Virus record (IMG/VR): IMGVR_UViG_3300038379_000080
Coordinates: 1 to 52,983 of that record
Source of the DNA: a virus
Lineage: Duplodnaviria > Caudoviricetes
Length of the DNA stretch: 52,983 nucleotides
Direction: 5' to 3' (one strand)
Shown here: positions 8,115 to 17,129 of the stretch, piece by piece
Layout: every line of letters begins with the position of its first letter
Numbering within the stretch: position 1 is the first letter of the stretch
Program-made: the position numbers and the translations under genes
The notes under the pieces: generated by a model
The model's database searches: none
What the model saw: the letters and a program-made list of their open reading frames with translations, nothing else
Told to the model about the DNA's origin: nothing

Positions 8115-8424
8115 GCACCACCATTGGTTGTAAGGAGGGTTCAAGATACACCGTTGACAATTCCCACTCGGGTTGCCTCCATCCTGGCAAATTATAGTCC
8201 CATTCAAGACACTGCCAGCCACGACAAGCAAAACCCAAGTTATGAATGATGTTGAGGATCTGTTGCAGGAGATATAACGGGCTTCGCCAATTGGCATCCC
8301 GATCAAAACAGTCCGGGAAATCATAGTCAAAATGATATGCTATGATTTCCCGGAGCTGCTTCTTTTGTTCGAGTGTCGGCGGGTCGCCAACGAACTCTAT
8401 CCTCGTCGTGTACCAGCTTGCCAA
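8074..8424 (-). CDS. hypothetical protein
   Basis: TTG start after GAGG; fills gap in operon. Confidence 0.5.
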   Translation of the reverse strand: MASWYTTRIEFVGDPPTLEQKKQLREIIAYHFDYDFPDCFDRDANWRSPLYLLQQILNIIHNLGFACRGWQCLEWDYNLPGWRQPEWELSTVYLEPSLQPMVVHARLALLQREIRP

Positions 8425-8864
8425 TTTTGCCTCGCTCGGCCAATTGCCTCTTGCATCGGGGAGATGGCTCCGAGAGGAACCCCGTATTGTTCCCCTGTTA
8501 TGAGGAAAGGGGCACCGGGTTGGAGCCACCGTTGGATCTCTTGAGCAACCAAGTTCTCAAAGACTTGACCGCCCGCCGTTGGATGATTCCGCTTAATAAC
8601 CTCCTCGCATGAGGGCCGGAGCAATGCCTCAGTCGCATCAACGAAGACACGTTCTCCGGGCAACGGCGTGTAGCTTCGTATACGGATGTCGAAGTTCCAC
8701 TGTACATGGGTCATCTCCTTTCCGCAGCGAGATTTCACCACGAAGGGTGTCACGCCGTCTCTTGAGTTCCAAATCCACTCTACCACGGTCCCGTCCTGGG
8801 AGGCGTACTTCATGAGACAGTACGCCTCCCGGTGCCGGAACTCACTCTTCTTCTGGGCATCCAC
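8397..8864 (-). CDS. hypothetical phage protein
   Basis: HREAYCLMKY...WIWNSRDGVTPF motif; start uncertain. Confidence 0.65.
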   Translation of the reverse strand: MDAQKKSEFRHREAYCLMKYASQDGTVVEWIWNSRDGVTPFVVKSRCGKEMTHVQWNFDIRIRSYTPLPGERVFVDATEALLRPSCEEVIKRNHPTAGGQVFENLVAQEIQRWLQPGAPFLITGEQYGVPLGAISPMQEAIGRARQNWQAGTRRG

Positions 8865-9210
8865 TGAGGACCATCCTCTCACACAGAGCGAGTGCGCTGA
8901 ATGCGGAAGCAAGAGCCTGCATCAGCAGCGTCTCTGCTTCCTCGTCCACGGTTGCAACCACGATTTCCCAATCGTCCCAGCAACGAGGGTCACCGACGAT
9001 TTCGATCTCATCCAGATCACAGTCACACTCATGCAGGCAGCCGTCGAGGCAGTCCTCGTCACAGTTGTGTCCGCAGTCGTGTCCATCGATTTCGATGCTG
9101 TCCATGCCACGACAAATGGCAATAAGATCGTTGCCAGCGTCGAAAGCGTGAATAGGCCCATTGTACTCGAAATCGAACGAAGTACCATTAGGCTTGGCAA
9201 AGCGAAGCAT
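8842..9210 (-). CDS. acidic Cys/His-rich hypothetical protein
   Basis: HDCGHNCDEDCLDGCLHECDCD segment. Confidence 0.65.
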   Translation of the reverse strand: MLRFAKPNGTSFDFEYNGPIHAFDAGNDLIAICRGMDSIEIDGHDCGHNCDEDCLDGCLHECDCDLDEIEIVGDPRCWDDWEIVVATVDEEAETLLMQALASAFSALALCERMVLSGCPEEE

Positions 9211-9213
9211 TTT

Positions 9214-9618
9214 CTATTTCCCTCGTTTGTTCAAGAGACTCAACTCCTCTCGAATGATTTCGCGAAGAGTTAAAACATCTTCTGGAATGTTGGCTCTAGT
9301 TTTGAGACACTTTTCGCCCCATTCAAGGGCAAGTTCTCCTTGCCTGCTCTTGGTGAAGAGATAAGAGTTAATCAATGATACAACATAGACAGCATCCTTA
9401 CCGGAGGCTTGATATGTCCATAAATTGTTGTGTTTTCCGCTTTTGCGGATTTGATTGACTCTGCCAACACCAAATAGGGAATGAAGTCTTTTGATTGTCA
9501 GTTCATCAGTCATTTGAACTGATACCAAAAGCGTAATCTGATTGTTTCTGGAATCTTTACTTGTGGTTATACTCCCTTCACCGTCGAAGATTCCAGCAGC
9601 CCATGCAAGATGCTGCAA
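9214..9618 (-). CDS. free-standing single-motif LAGLIDADG homing endonuclease
   Basis: LAWAAGIFDGEGSI, V.V.MTD, YLFTKSRQ; likely TTG start. Confidence 0.85.
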   Translation of the reverse strand: MQHLAWAAGIFDGEGSITTSKDSRNNQITLLVSVQMTDELTIKRLHSLFGVGRVNQIRKSGKHNNLWTYQASGKDAVYVVSLINSYLFTKSRQGELALEWGEKCLKTRANIPEDVLTLREIIREELSLLNKRGK

Positions 9619-9619
9619 A

Positions 9620-10120
9620 TCAATCAAGATACTCACCAATAAGGTCTGGTGTATCAAGATCAATTACTAAGTGAATCCTTTCTGTCTGGCCATCATTTGT
9701 GACTTGATGCTTGAGCCAGTAGGGCACCGGCCCATGCCAGAAGCCGGGCTTCATTCGATAGATGCCCGACACTTCATCCCACCAAGTACAATCGTCGTTG
9801 GTTACAATAGGCAGGTGCCAACGCTCGATTGTTGGATGATTTCGCTTTTGCAGCGGAGTAGGAAGAAGGAAATCGCGATGAATCGGAACCCTTACGTTCG
9901 GCTTCATCTTGTTAACCATGATGTGCAGAACGCTCAGATTCCGAAGCCTCGCGATTTCCTCCAACGCGGCTTTCAGTCCGGGGTCGTTGCTTACTTCATT
10001 GGGAATCCCTCCGTTAGGTGCTATTGCCATCTCAGCTCCTGACCCGTCTAGCCAGAAGGATAGCCGTTGCACAGCCTCAAAGATGACATCAACATCCAAC
10101 CCACTTTTCAGCCTCTTCAT
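9620..10120 (-). CDS. Asp/Asn beta-hydroxylase-like 2OG-Fe(II) oxygenase
   Basis: PIHRD, RWHLPIVTN, HQVTNDG..RIHLVID. Confidence 0.8.
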   Translation of the reverse strand: MKRLKSGLDVDVIFEAVQRLSFWLDGSGAEMAIAPNGGIPNEVSNDPGLKAALEEIARLRNLSVLHIMVNKMKPNVRVPIHRDFLLPTPLQKRNHPTIERWHLPIVTNDDCTWWDEVSGIYRMKPGFWHGPVPYWLKHQVTNDGQTERIHLVIDLDTPDLIGEYLD

Positions 10121-10131
10121 CTGAAATCTCC

Positions 10132-10277
10132 ATCAGGGTGCGGGATTTGAACCCACGGCTCCCGGCGTATCAGTCGTGACTTTGCGACATCGGGAGTCTT
10201 GCTCACGTTCACACTTGGTCCGAAGACTTCGGCATAGCCTTTCACGGTATCCGAAATCCACACTCGTACAACCCTGA
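10132..10277 (-). ncRNA. tRNA-like RNA with expanded interior (~145 nt)
   Basis: TCAGGGT/ACCCTGA acceptor-like stem adjoining T-arm GTGGG-TTCAAAT-CCCGC. Confidence 0.6.
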
Positions 10278-10282
10278 CGAAG

Positions 10283-10420
10283 TCATCCGCCGATGCACTC
10301 TGTGTCGATCCTTTCTAGGTCGTGTTCGTCGTAGCCGGTCTCAAGGACCGTCTGCCATTCTTGCAGACATTGACCCGGAAGAACAGACCCATCGCTCTCG
10401 ATGATGATTTCGATCTCCAT
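10283..10420 (-). CDS. small acidic protein (45 aa, not in ORF track)
   Basis: GGAGGAG RBS; MEIEIIIESDGSVLPG... Confidence 0.6.
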   Translation of the reverse strand: MEIEIIIESDGSVLPGQCLQEWQTVLETGYDEHDLERIDTECIGG

Positions 10421-10605
10421 GTCTCCTCCAAAAAGAAAAGGACAGGCCGGGAGTGGGTTAGTCTGTGCCAGCCGTCCGAGAGCCTTCAGTCGATTTCCAG
10501 CGGGGAATACCCAATTTACCCCTATCCGAAAGCAGCAAGCCTCACACTCTTGCTACCCCAGATTAACCGCTCACACTTGGGGAAATCATATAGACAAGAC
10601 TCTAG

Positions 10606-10676
10606 CCGGCTCGGTGGGAATCGAACCCACGTCTTCCGCTCCAAAGGCGGACGTTCTACCATTGAACTACAAGCCA
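10606..10676 (-). tRNA. tRNA-Gln(UUG)
   Basis: Cloverleaf, TCCGC-CT TTG GA-GCGGA, GGTTCGATTCC. Confidence 0.9.
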
Positions 10677-10820
10677 GGATGCTGACTCCGTGGTATTGCA
10701 GTCGGTCAGCGGCGACTGTTAGGAGCGCTTGTTATCGCGTTGCTGCAACCCATCCGAACGCCAAGACACGCCAAGTTGCAGCTTAGGTACTCACGGCTTT
10801 CCTCATGATCGAAGGCGTGC

Positions 10821-11027
10821 CTATTTCTCTTTATGAGCGTCTTCGTAGATGATGCAAACCACACCAAATACGGTTGCCAAAATCCAAGCTGCTACGCAAG
10901 GCGGTGTTCGTGGATCGTTATGACCCTGCGGAGGTTTCACGGTTGGTTCGGTGAACGTGATGGCTCCAAGGCTACTGATAGCCAGCACGAGAAGAAGCAC
11001 GAAAACAGTTCGCAAAATCCACTTCAT
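10821..11027 (-). CDS. small two-TM membrane protein
   Basis: Two hydrophobic segments. Confidence 0.65.
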   Translation of the reverse strand: MKWILRTVFVLLLVLAISSLGAITFTEPTVKPPQGHNDPRTPPCVAAWILATVFGVVCIIYEDAHKEK

Positions 11028-11239
11028 TAGTCCTCGCTCCTTCTTTCCCTTCGATTTGCCTCAGAACGTGTAGTCATCGCACGCTTTTGTCGGGCATATT
11101 CCCGGCTTTGAGCGTCACGAACTGTTGCCCTTTCATAACAAGGGTCGCAGTAAAAATCCGTCTTGGACTCGCGTCCAGAAGACGGATCTTTACTGTAACC
11201 CTTTTCGGTAGGCTCGCCACACCCATTACAGGTGCGCAC
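11027..11239 (-). CDS. zinc-finger protein
   Basis: CNGC...CDPC. Confidence 0.65.
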   Translation of the reverse strand: MRTCNGCGEPTEKGYSKDPSSGRESKTDFYCDPCYERATVRDAQSREYARQKRAMTTRSEANRRERRSED

Positions 11240-11493
11240 TACCAGCCTCCGATCGTGGCGTATACCTCAATGCCCATTGACTCGACGTGAGCCTCGGATG
11301 CCACCTGATGGTACTTCGGCCCCATACGGCGAAGCCAGATTTTCTTCCCGTCGTTGAACGTGTACGGCTTGCCGTCGAGGTTGTGGTATCGGGGCAGCGT
11401 CTTCTGCTCCTTGTTGAGAAGCACAACCACGATGTTCATGTCAACCTTCGTCACGATTTCTTCCTCCAGAACCAAACCTTGTCGAAAGTCCAA
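11239..11493 (-). CDS. hypothetical protein
   Basis: ORF in operon; true start probably near 11454. Confidence 0.55.
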   Translation of the reverse strand: MDFRQGLVLEEEIVTKVDMNIVVVLLNKEQKTLPRYHNLDGKPYTFNDGKKIWLRRMGPKYHQVASEAHVESMGIEVYATIGGW

Positions 11494-11696
11494 GGATCAA
11501 CCATCTCAGTGAGAGAGTAATCCTTCCAGTTGTCGAGTTTGTTGTATGTGTCGTAGGCACGCTGGTACTGATAGTCCCAGTCCTTATCTCGGATGTCTGG
11601 CTCCATCTTGGCCAACTCATCCAAAATCTCTTCAGTTTCTCTTGGCGACACGAATGTTCTCCCAGCAGTCGTTGCACGTCCAGATGGACTCTCCAA
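11451..11696 (-). CDS. hypothetical protein
   Basis: ORF in operon; true start probably near 11651. Confidence 0.55.
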   Translation of the reverse strand: MESPSGRATTAGRTFVSPRETEEILDELAKMEPDIRDKDWDYQYQRAYDTYNKLDNWKDYSLTEMVDPWTFDKVWFWRKKS

Positions 11697-11832
11697 CCCG
11701 GCAAATCATTTGCTTACGGGTTTGATTGCAACAGTGGCACTTGAGTTGTTCGGTTGTTCGTTGGATCGTCCTATGTCCAAACACGATATGGTACGAGCTG
11801 GTATCCAACATGTACCAGGCTGTGAAGAACAT
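11632..11832 (-). CDS. zinc-ribbon protein
   Basis: CHCC...CNDC; TAATG coupling. Confidence 0.55.
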   Translation of the reverse strand: MFFTAWYMLDTSSYHIVFGHRTIQRTTEQLKCHCCNQTRKQMICRVGESIWTCNDCWENIRVAKRN

Positions 11833-12119
11833 TAGTTTTCCATTCCTTCGATCAGATCGTCCTTCACCGAGTCTACATCGATGACTTCGATTTTGACTCG
11901 ACGAACAGTGGCAACATGGTTCCACTTCTCGATTTCGCACTTGGGTGTTGTAACCCAAATGCCGTCTACGAGTTCGGCAATCTGCCTCGCCCAACAATAC
12001 TCGATCGTTTTCCGGTCTGTCCGGTACGACGTGTGATTGTAGCGAAACAGGCGATTTTTGTGCGCACCGACATCGCAGAGAAACAAGTCACCATGCTGGA
12101 GAGTGTATAGAGGGTGCAA
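11832..12119 (-). CDS. hypothetical protein
   Basis: ORF with GGAGA RBS. Confidence 0.6.
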   Translation of the reverse strand: MHPLYTLQHGDLFLCDVGAHKNRLFRYNHTSYRTDRKTIEYCWARQIAELVDGIWVTTPKCEIEKWNHVATVRRVKIEVIDVDSVKDDLIEGMEN

Positions 12120-12330
12120 TTCTCCATCCTTCCATTAGTTCGAGTGCAGTGATTTCCTCTGACGCTTGTTGTACAGTTTCAACGCTTCGATGAGTGTCGC
12201 GTCTATTTGGATTGTCTGCGTTCGGGCCGACCCACACCCGAACTAGATACTGTCCGTAGACCTCCCAATAAATTAGGATGCTTCGTTCCCGGTTAATACA
12301 TCGTGTGATACAAACGGTTGCCAGATCCAT
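12088..12330 (-). CDS. hypothetical protein (possibly WGR-like)
   Basis: YLVRVWVG...A..EI..L...EGWR pattern. Confidence 0.55.
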   Translation of the reverse strand: MDLATVCITRCINRERSILIYWEVYGQYLVRVWVGPNADNPNRRDTHRSVETVQQASEEITALELMEGWRIAPSIHSPAW

Positions 12331-12565
12331 CGTCAGAAATCCTCCCCATCTCTTCCATGAAAAAGATTTCGTACTCCTCTGACTTCATGTCAATGAAGTG
12401 CCAAGTACGACGCAACTCTGGCGGTCGCTCCTTTGGAGGAGTAGCCAAAGCCTCCGCGATCCCGACTCGGAGTAGCGTGCGACACCAAATCGTGGCTGAA
12501 CAAGTGTCATTCTTGGCTGGCGGATTGCCCTCATCGAACAACCGTCTGTGATGGTTGACGCTCAT
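12293..12565 (-). CDS. hypothetical protein
   Basis: GGAGG RBS before MSVNHH. Confidence 0.6.
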   Translation of the reverse strand: MSVNHHRRLFDEGNPPAKNDTCSATIWCRTLLRVGIAEALATPPKERPPELRRTWHFIDMKSEEYEIFFMEEMGRISDDGSGNRLYHTMY

Positions 12566-12855
12566 ATCAGTGTCCTCCAATCGCCAATGTGAAGAAGGAT
12601 TTCCTTGTCAAGCGACTCACAGCCCGTTGTCCGCATCTTGCAGACAACCAGTTTGTTGTACGTTGATTTCAGGTATTCGATTTTCTCAACCCAGCCGTCG
12701 AAAATAACGATCTCCCAAGCAGTCATGTCCATCTTCTTGACGTTCCATTGCTGGCCGCAGAAGATGCACTTTGCTTTGGAAATCGCATGACAAGCCCGGC
12801 AGGGCTTGGGATTGAAGCGGCTTCCAGCCTTCGTATCGGGCGGTTTCTCTTTCAA
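12562..12855 (-). CDS. Cys-rich hypothetical protein
   Basis: CRAC...CIFC. Confidence 0.55.
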   Translation of the reverse strand: MKEKPPDTKAGSRFNPKPCRACHAISKAKCIFCGQQWNVKKMDMTAWEIVIFDGWVEKIEYLKSTYNKLVVCKMRTTGCESLDKEILLHIGDWRTLI

Positions 12856-12867
12856 GGCGGTGCCTCC

Positions 12868-13140
12868 TCAGATGATTTTGTCGCAGAATTCGACCATTTT
12901 CTGCTTCAACTCGTCACTGAAACACGGCCACAGACCTTCTTCCTGCACGGACAGCATGGCTATATGCCAGGCCGCATGCTCAGGAAGATTAAAGGTGATC
13001 TCTCCGTCCTCGTCCCATCGGGTTCCTTCTGGGGAGTAGTGGATGATTTGGTACGCAACTTCTGATCCTGTCTGATACCGATGACCGACCCAATCGAAGG
13101 CGTCCCGTTCTGATTTTGAAAGCGTCAAACTGTAAGCCAT
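12868..13140 (-). CDS. hypothetical protein
   Basis: First gene after promoter; GGGGG RBS. Confidence 0.7.
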   Translation of the reverse strand: MAYSLTLSKSERDAFDWVGHRYQTGSEVAYQIIHYSPEGTRWDEDGEITFNLPEHAAWHIAMLSVQEEGLWPCFSDELKQKMVEFCDKII

Positions 13141-13211
13141 TTGATCCCCCGCTACAAAATCAAATCATGCGTGCAACGGGCATCGGCCCGCCGCATTTGC
13201 AACGTAAGGAC

Positions 13212-13240
13212 AGCCTACCTTATAAGAGCCGGTTTGTCAA
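13212..13240 (-). promoter_or_regulatory. sigma70-type promoter
   Basis: TTGACA-17nt-TAGGCT. Confidence 0.7.
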
Positions 13241-13272
13241 GCGAATTTTTCCAGAACCTTGATTTGATTTTA

Positions 13273-13304
13273 CAGTGGCACCCCTCGTCTGAGGGGTGCC
13301 ACTG
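13273..13304. terminator. hairpin terminator
   Basis: CAGTGGCACCCCTC...GAGGGGTGCCACTG. Confidence 0.65.
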
Positions 13305-13313
13305 ATTTCCGAA

Positions 13314-13706
13314 TCAAGCCAACAGCCCAGACAGATCCACGTCGTAAGTAGTGCCATCGTCATGGGTGAACCGGAGGGTATTACTCTCCAACTCAATATC
13401 GCCGCAGCTTGTAGCCGTGACAGGCAGCGAGAACGACTTCGACCCAAGCAAGCCCTGGAGGAGCTTGATGATCAAATCATTCAGCTTGCCGCTGGCCAGC
13501 AAATCACGAACCACGTTGAGCAGAGCATTCACGAGAATGTCTTTCAATGTGTCATTTGCCGGCGTTCCGTCCACTGTAATGGACAGCTTGCCATTGGTGA
13601 GAAGATCCCCGAGCAGCTTGGAAATCAGCTCACCAATCTTGCCACTCCTAATGGCATCCTCGACCTGCTTCTTGAGCAGATTGAACAGAATCGTCTTCAA
13701 CATCAT
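13314..13706 (-). CDS. Leu-rich helical-repeat hypothetical protein
   Basis: Repeated 'SGK(I/L)..LI.KLL..LL' helices. Confidence 0.7.
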   Translation of the reverse strand: MMLKTILFNLLKKQVEDAIRSGKIGELISKLLGDLLTNGKLSITVDGTPANDTLKDILVNALLNVVRDLLASGKLNDLIIKLLQGLLGSKSFSLPVTATSCGDIELESNTLRFTHDDGTTYDVDLSGLLA

Positions 13707-14701
13707 CGACTCCTCGTTGCTTGTGCGAACCACTGATCTTCCTCGGTGCCCTTACCGGAAAGGTCACGCGACTGCTTATCGAGAGCCTCGCAGCGTTGCT
13801 TAGACTCTTCGATAGAGACGTCACGGAAGAAGTGGCCGCTGTTGATGACATCCCACACATGCTGAGCTTGCCTGTAGACTGCCTGCTGATGAGCAGCACG
13901 AATCTTCAGACGGTGTTCAGCGACTCGGATATCCGGCATATCCGGCATGACAGACGGCTTGCAAACGATTTGATCAACAGAGACGACAAAGTCTCCACCG
14001 ACATCCTGGCCGCACAGCCAAGCATAAATTGCAAGCTGCCTTGCCCAATCAGCATTGTAATCCTCAAGCGCTCCGGCGGCATTGATCATGATGCCACGGA
14101 ACGGGAGAAGTTGGGCATTCTTGTGTTGGCCCTTGTTCATCCCTTCCACACGAAGCCTCACGTACCCTTGCATCGGGCTTGTGTTGTACTTTGAGCAGAA
14201 GCCGTTGACCTTCCAGTCGTGGATTACGTTTGCACCTTCCTTGTTGATGTATGTGAGGTCGGGCTTCCCGAGTAGGGGAACCTCGCCCACTGTTCGGCTG
14301 GCCCCTTCCTTGGAACCATTGACAATACCCTTCACTTCAAGCTCGAAGCGAGGAGTGGAAATCGAACCCTGAAGCTCCAGCATAAGGTCTGCTAGAGCGC
14401 CAGACTTACGATATTCCATGAAAGCGTAAGCACCTGCCCGCCAAGCCCAATCTCGATTCTGAGGCTCGACTTGTGCCTCGAATAGTGCCTTCAACTCGAA
14501 TCGAGGATCGGCACCCTTACCACACAAGACTTCGTGCAGATGGCTCTTGACATAAGCATCAAAAGCCGATCCAACACTCATTGGTTGTGTCTGAGGAAAT
14601 CGAGGTGACTTGTTATCCGACAAATAGTTCATATAGAACTCTTGCGGATTTTCGTAGAACAATGAGATGCTCGTCGGACTGAGGTACTCAGGCTTGCGCA
14701 T
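13703..14701 (-). CDS. PD-(D/E)XK nuclease, RecB/Cas4-like exonuclease
   Basis: YLSPTSISLF, GSAFD, LLGKPDL, IHDWK, QLAIY. Confidence 0.8.
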   Translation of the reverse strand: MRKPEYLSPTSISLFYENPQEFYMNYLSDNKSPRFPQTQPMSVGSAFDAYVKSHLHEVLCGKGADPRFELKALFEAQVEPQNRDWAWRAGAYAFMEYRKSGALADLMLELQGSISTPRFELEVKGIVNGSKEGASRTVGEVPLLGKPDLTYINKEGANVIHDWKVNGFCSKYNTSPMQGYVRLRVEGMNKGQHKNAQLLPFRGIMINAAGALEDYNADWARQLAIYAWLCGQDVGGDFVVSVDQIVCKPSVMPDMPDIRVAEHRLKIRAAHQQAVYRQAQHVWDVINSGHFFRDVSIEESKQRCEALDKQSRDLSGKGTEEDQWFAQATRSR

Positions 14702-14711
14702 TGAAATCCCC

Positions 14712-15110
14712 TCAACGGTTGGGTTTCTTTCGGATGAAGGTCAAGGAAATCTTGAGCTTCATTTGGCCGTATTCACCAGTTGTTTTGAGATCCATCTCTC
14801 CCATTGGAAACACTCCAGTATTCCAATCACTTCCATTCTTTGACTCATGGATGTGTAGAGTACGGGTCTTGGCATCCCAAATCCAAGATCCATGAAACTT
14901 ATCAGCACCCCAAGGACAGTAATGCGTACCGTCCTTATAGAAGTGATAGACACATTTCGTGGTATTCCACTCCACTTCGTAGTCTCCAGGCTCAATGATC
15001 GGAGCTACGAACGATTTCGGCTTCGGGACTGGAGCCGTCCACAGCAACGGGCTGAGGCAAATCAGCCCCAACAAGCCCAGCAGTATCCAAATCAGGAGAC
15101 GTTTCATCAT
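14712..15110 (-). CDS. exported or membrane-anchored protein
   Basis: Signal peptide followed by APVPKPK. Confidence 0.65.
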   Translation of the reverse strand: MMKRLLIWILLGLLGLICLSPLLWTAPVPKPKSFVAPIIEPGDYEVEWNTTKCVYHFYKDGTHYCPWGADKFHGSWIWDAKTRTLHIHESKNGSDWNTGVFPMGEMDLKTTGEYGQMKLKISLTFIRKKPNR

Positions 15111-15526
15111 ACAGGCCACTCGTAGTAGAGAAGAGGGCAGTCCGTCCAACCGAACTGGCCATACCAGATCGGGTCTTTTCTGAGAAGGTTTGCTCTATGT
15201 GAAGCGTGAAACGACTCTCGACCTAACCATTTGGGCATCTGGATAGAAGAGTCTTGTGCCACGTCTAGTGTTAAAAGCAGTTTCTCCCGTACAGTGTCTT
15301 GGAAACCACGAGCTATCCATTCATCGCACATGGCAACACCGTATTGTACCAGAGCAGGGCAAAATCCCCTCCACATTCTGATACAAGGGTGTTGTCGCCA
15401 GCCTGTTGATTTCCCTTGCAAGGTATTAACAAGCTGCAACACTTCAACCCTTTGTTTGCCAAGACGGGCACGATCGAGGCACCGTGCGGAAGCTGCAAAG
15501 TCAGGGTACGGGAGAAATGTCTGCAC
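15107..15526 (-). CDS. pyrimidine-dimer DNA glycosylase (DenV/MSMEG_6728 family)
   Basis: MQTFLPYPDF..SA..LD..RLGKQRVE, HP...MWRG, SHRANLLRKDP. Confidence 0.9.
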   Translation of the reverse strand: MQTFLPYPDFAASARCLDRARLGKQRVEVLQLVNTLQGKSTGWRQHPCIRMWRGFCPALVQYGVAMCDEWIARGFQDTVREKLLLTLDVAQDSSIQMPKWLGRESFHASHRANLLRKDPIWYGQFGWTDCPLLYYEWPV

Positions 15527-15527
15527 G

Positions 15528-15734
15528 TCAGAAACCTCCGATAATTTGTTGTGCTTCTTCTCGGGTCATAGTGCCGATATCGATGATTTGTCCACAGATG
15601 GACAGGTTGGTGTAGTCATCACCCCAATCTGCTAGATTGAACGGCTCACCTTTTGCCAACATTCGTACCACTTCCCGATAGTTGGACTCCATCAGCCGGT
15701 AGATTTTTCCATAGCAGTTGAGGTAGCGGAACAC
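15528..15734 (-). CDS. hypothetical protein
   Basis: ORF in operon. Confidence 0.6.
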   Translation of the reverse strand: MFRYLNCYGKIYRLMESNYREVVRMLAKGEPFNLADWGDDYTNLSICGQIIDIGTMTREEAQQIIGGF

Positions 15735-16093
15735 TAGTCACCCCTCGATCGCATCTTGAGCGCTGTGAACTGGCCTTGCCGGTAGGCCATCTCTTCGATC
15801 ACGAACGCATTGATCGTGTACTCCATGAGTACCTCGAATTTTTCATAAGTGATCGGCTTCTCATTCACGATGATTTTACAATCCTTCGGAACCTTGATGT
15901 ACAGGCCGATTTCGCTTGACTTTTCCTTCTCCTCTTCCTTGGGCTTGATGGCATCCTTGACCTTATCCTTGAGCTTCTCTTTTTCCACTTCCTGTTTCAA
16001 CTTGCTCTTTTCATCCTGAGCCTTAGACGTAGGCCCACAACAAGCCAAGAAGAGAAGCAGCCCCAAGACTGCAAGCACAAACCACCGCATCAC
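15734..16093 (-). CDS. putative lipoprotein or exported protein
   Basis: Hydrophobic leader ending FLACC, then Lys/Glu-rich linker. Confidence 0.65.
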   Translation of the reverse strand: MMRWFVLAVLGLLLFLACCGPTSKAQDEKSKLKQEVEKEKLKDKVKDAIKPKEEEKEKSSEIGLYIKVPKDCKIIVNEKPITYEKFEVLMEYTINAFVIEEMAYRQGQFTALKMRSRGD

Positions 16094-16662
16094 TGTTTCT
16101 CCATGTACGAGTTGAATCGGGCTTCGATTTTGGCTCGCCGTCGTTGAATCTCTGGTCGAGACATCTCCATCTGATCTGCGATTTCTTGATCAGAATAGCC
16201 TTGAAATCGAAGCTCAACGATTTTCTTGTCTTCCGGTTTCACCGCCGCCCTGTCAATGAACTCCAACAGATCCTGGTATCTATTCTGTTTCTGGGTTACA
16301 TGGACGTACTGTCCAAGCGAGTGCCCTTTGAGCAGCTCTATATCTTCGCCTCGCGCCCGAGCGTCTCGTAATGTACTGTTCGGGATGCAGACTATATGAT
16401 CTGTGACCAAGTGCCTGCGAACAAAGCGATAGATACACGATTTGACCCAGCTTGGCAAATCGTCGTCGAACATCTTGTCAGCGGCATTCACCAACGCATA
16501 GGCAATGCCGTGATAGCCCGCGCTTGTGAAATCGTCCTCTTTCCCCTTCGGTGCAAACTTTCTGGCAATGTTTCGTGCCAAAGGAAAGAAGTGTCGTGAG
16601 AGATCATCAAGCTCAAAGCGGGTAAGGGTGCCATTTTTGAGCTTGAGAACAGCTTCTGCCAT
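16090..16662 (-). CDS. RNA polymerase sigma-70 family factor
   Basis: Region 2-like LARNIARKF...DDF.SAG..GI and region 4 HTH IVELRFQGYSDQEIADQMEMS. Confidence 0.75.
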   Translation of the reverse strand: MAEAVLKLKNGTLTRFELDDLSRHFFPLARNIARKFAPKGKEDDFTSAGYHGIAYALVNAADKMFDDDLPSWVKSCIYRFVRRHLVTDHIVCIPNSTLRDARARGEDIELLKGHSLGQYVHVTQKQNRYQDLLEFIDRAAVKPEDKKIVELRFQGYSDQEIADQMEMSRPEIQRRRAKIEARFNSYMEKQ

Positions 16663-16676
16663 ATCCAACGATACTC

Positions 16677-17129
16677 CTACTTGATCATCCAGAACGTCTC
16701 GATCTGGAACCAGTCGAGTGGATAGCTGGTCCCATTTGGGTCGTATAGACGTTCCCCGTCCCACGCAACAGCGTGTGGCTGATTGTGGATCTGTCCCGTA
16801 ATAACGCCGCAATTGTGCTGCATCAATTCAGGCATGCGCCAATGCGGCTCTGGGAGCGTGGGGATCTCGATTGCTTTTCCATCGCGAGATCGAAGCCAGG
16901 GCTTGGCTTCAAAAGGCGTGACAGTTCGAGAATAATGACGCCACGCGATGAAAATCATTTCTTGAATATGGAAACCTCTCCGACACGCCGGCTCCTCGAA
17001 TTGCGGCCACGCAATCTCGGAGCCGTCGTGCCCGGCGTAAGCTATGATGTTATATACGTCAGTGTATAACGCCATAGCGAACGCCGTTGGGAGGCAAGAC
17101 CATCGGTTAGGGCTTCGTTGTGGATACAC
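16677..17129 (-). CDS. papain/C39-like cysteine peptidase fold protein
   Basis: Q..PN.WSCLPTAFAMAL ... HAVAWDG..LYDP. Confidence 0.6.
   Translation of the reverse strand: MYPQRSPNRWSCLPTAFAMALYTDVYNIIAYAGHDGSEIAWPQFEEPACRRGFHIQEMIFIAWRHYSRTVTPFEAKPWLRSRDGKAIEIPTLPEPHWRMPELMQHNCGVITGQIHNQPHAVAWDGERLYDPNGTSYPLDWFQIETFWMIK

Noticed and set aside
10132-10277. tmRNA
   Set aside because: Too short, no G3-U70 alanine identity and no tag reading frame recognised.
10133-10285. Frame stays open past the TGA of 10283..10420 through the tRNA-like element
   Set aside because: About 49 open codons can occur by chance, no paralog supports it, and RNA structure explains the sequence better.
13703-14701. 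CRISPR-Cas (Cas4) locus
   Set aside because: No repeat-spacer array or other cas genes seen; this is a typical stand-alone phage nuclease.
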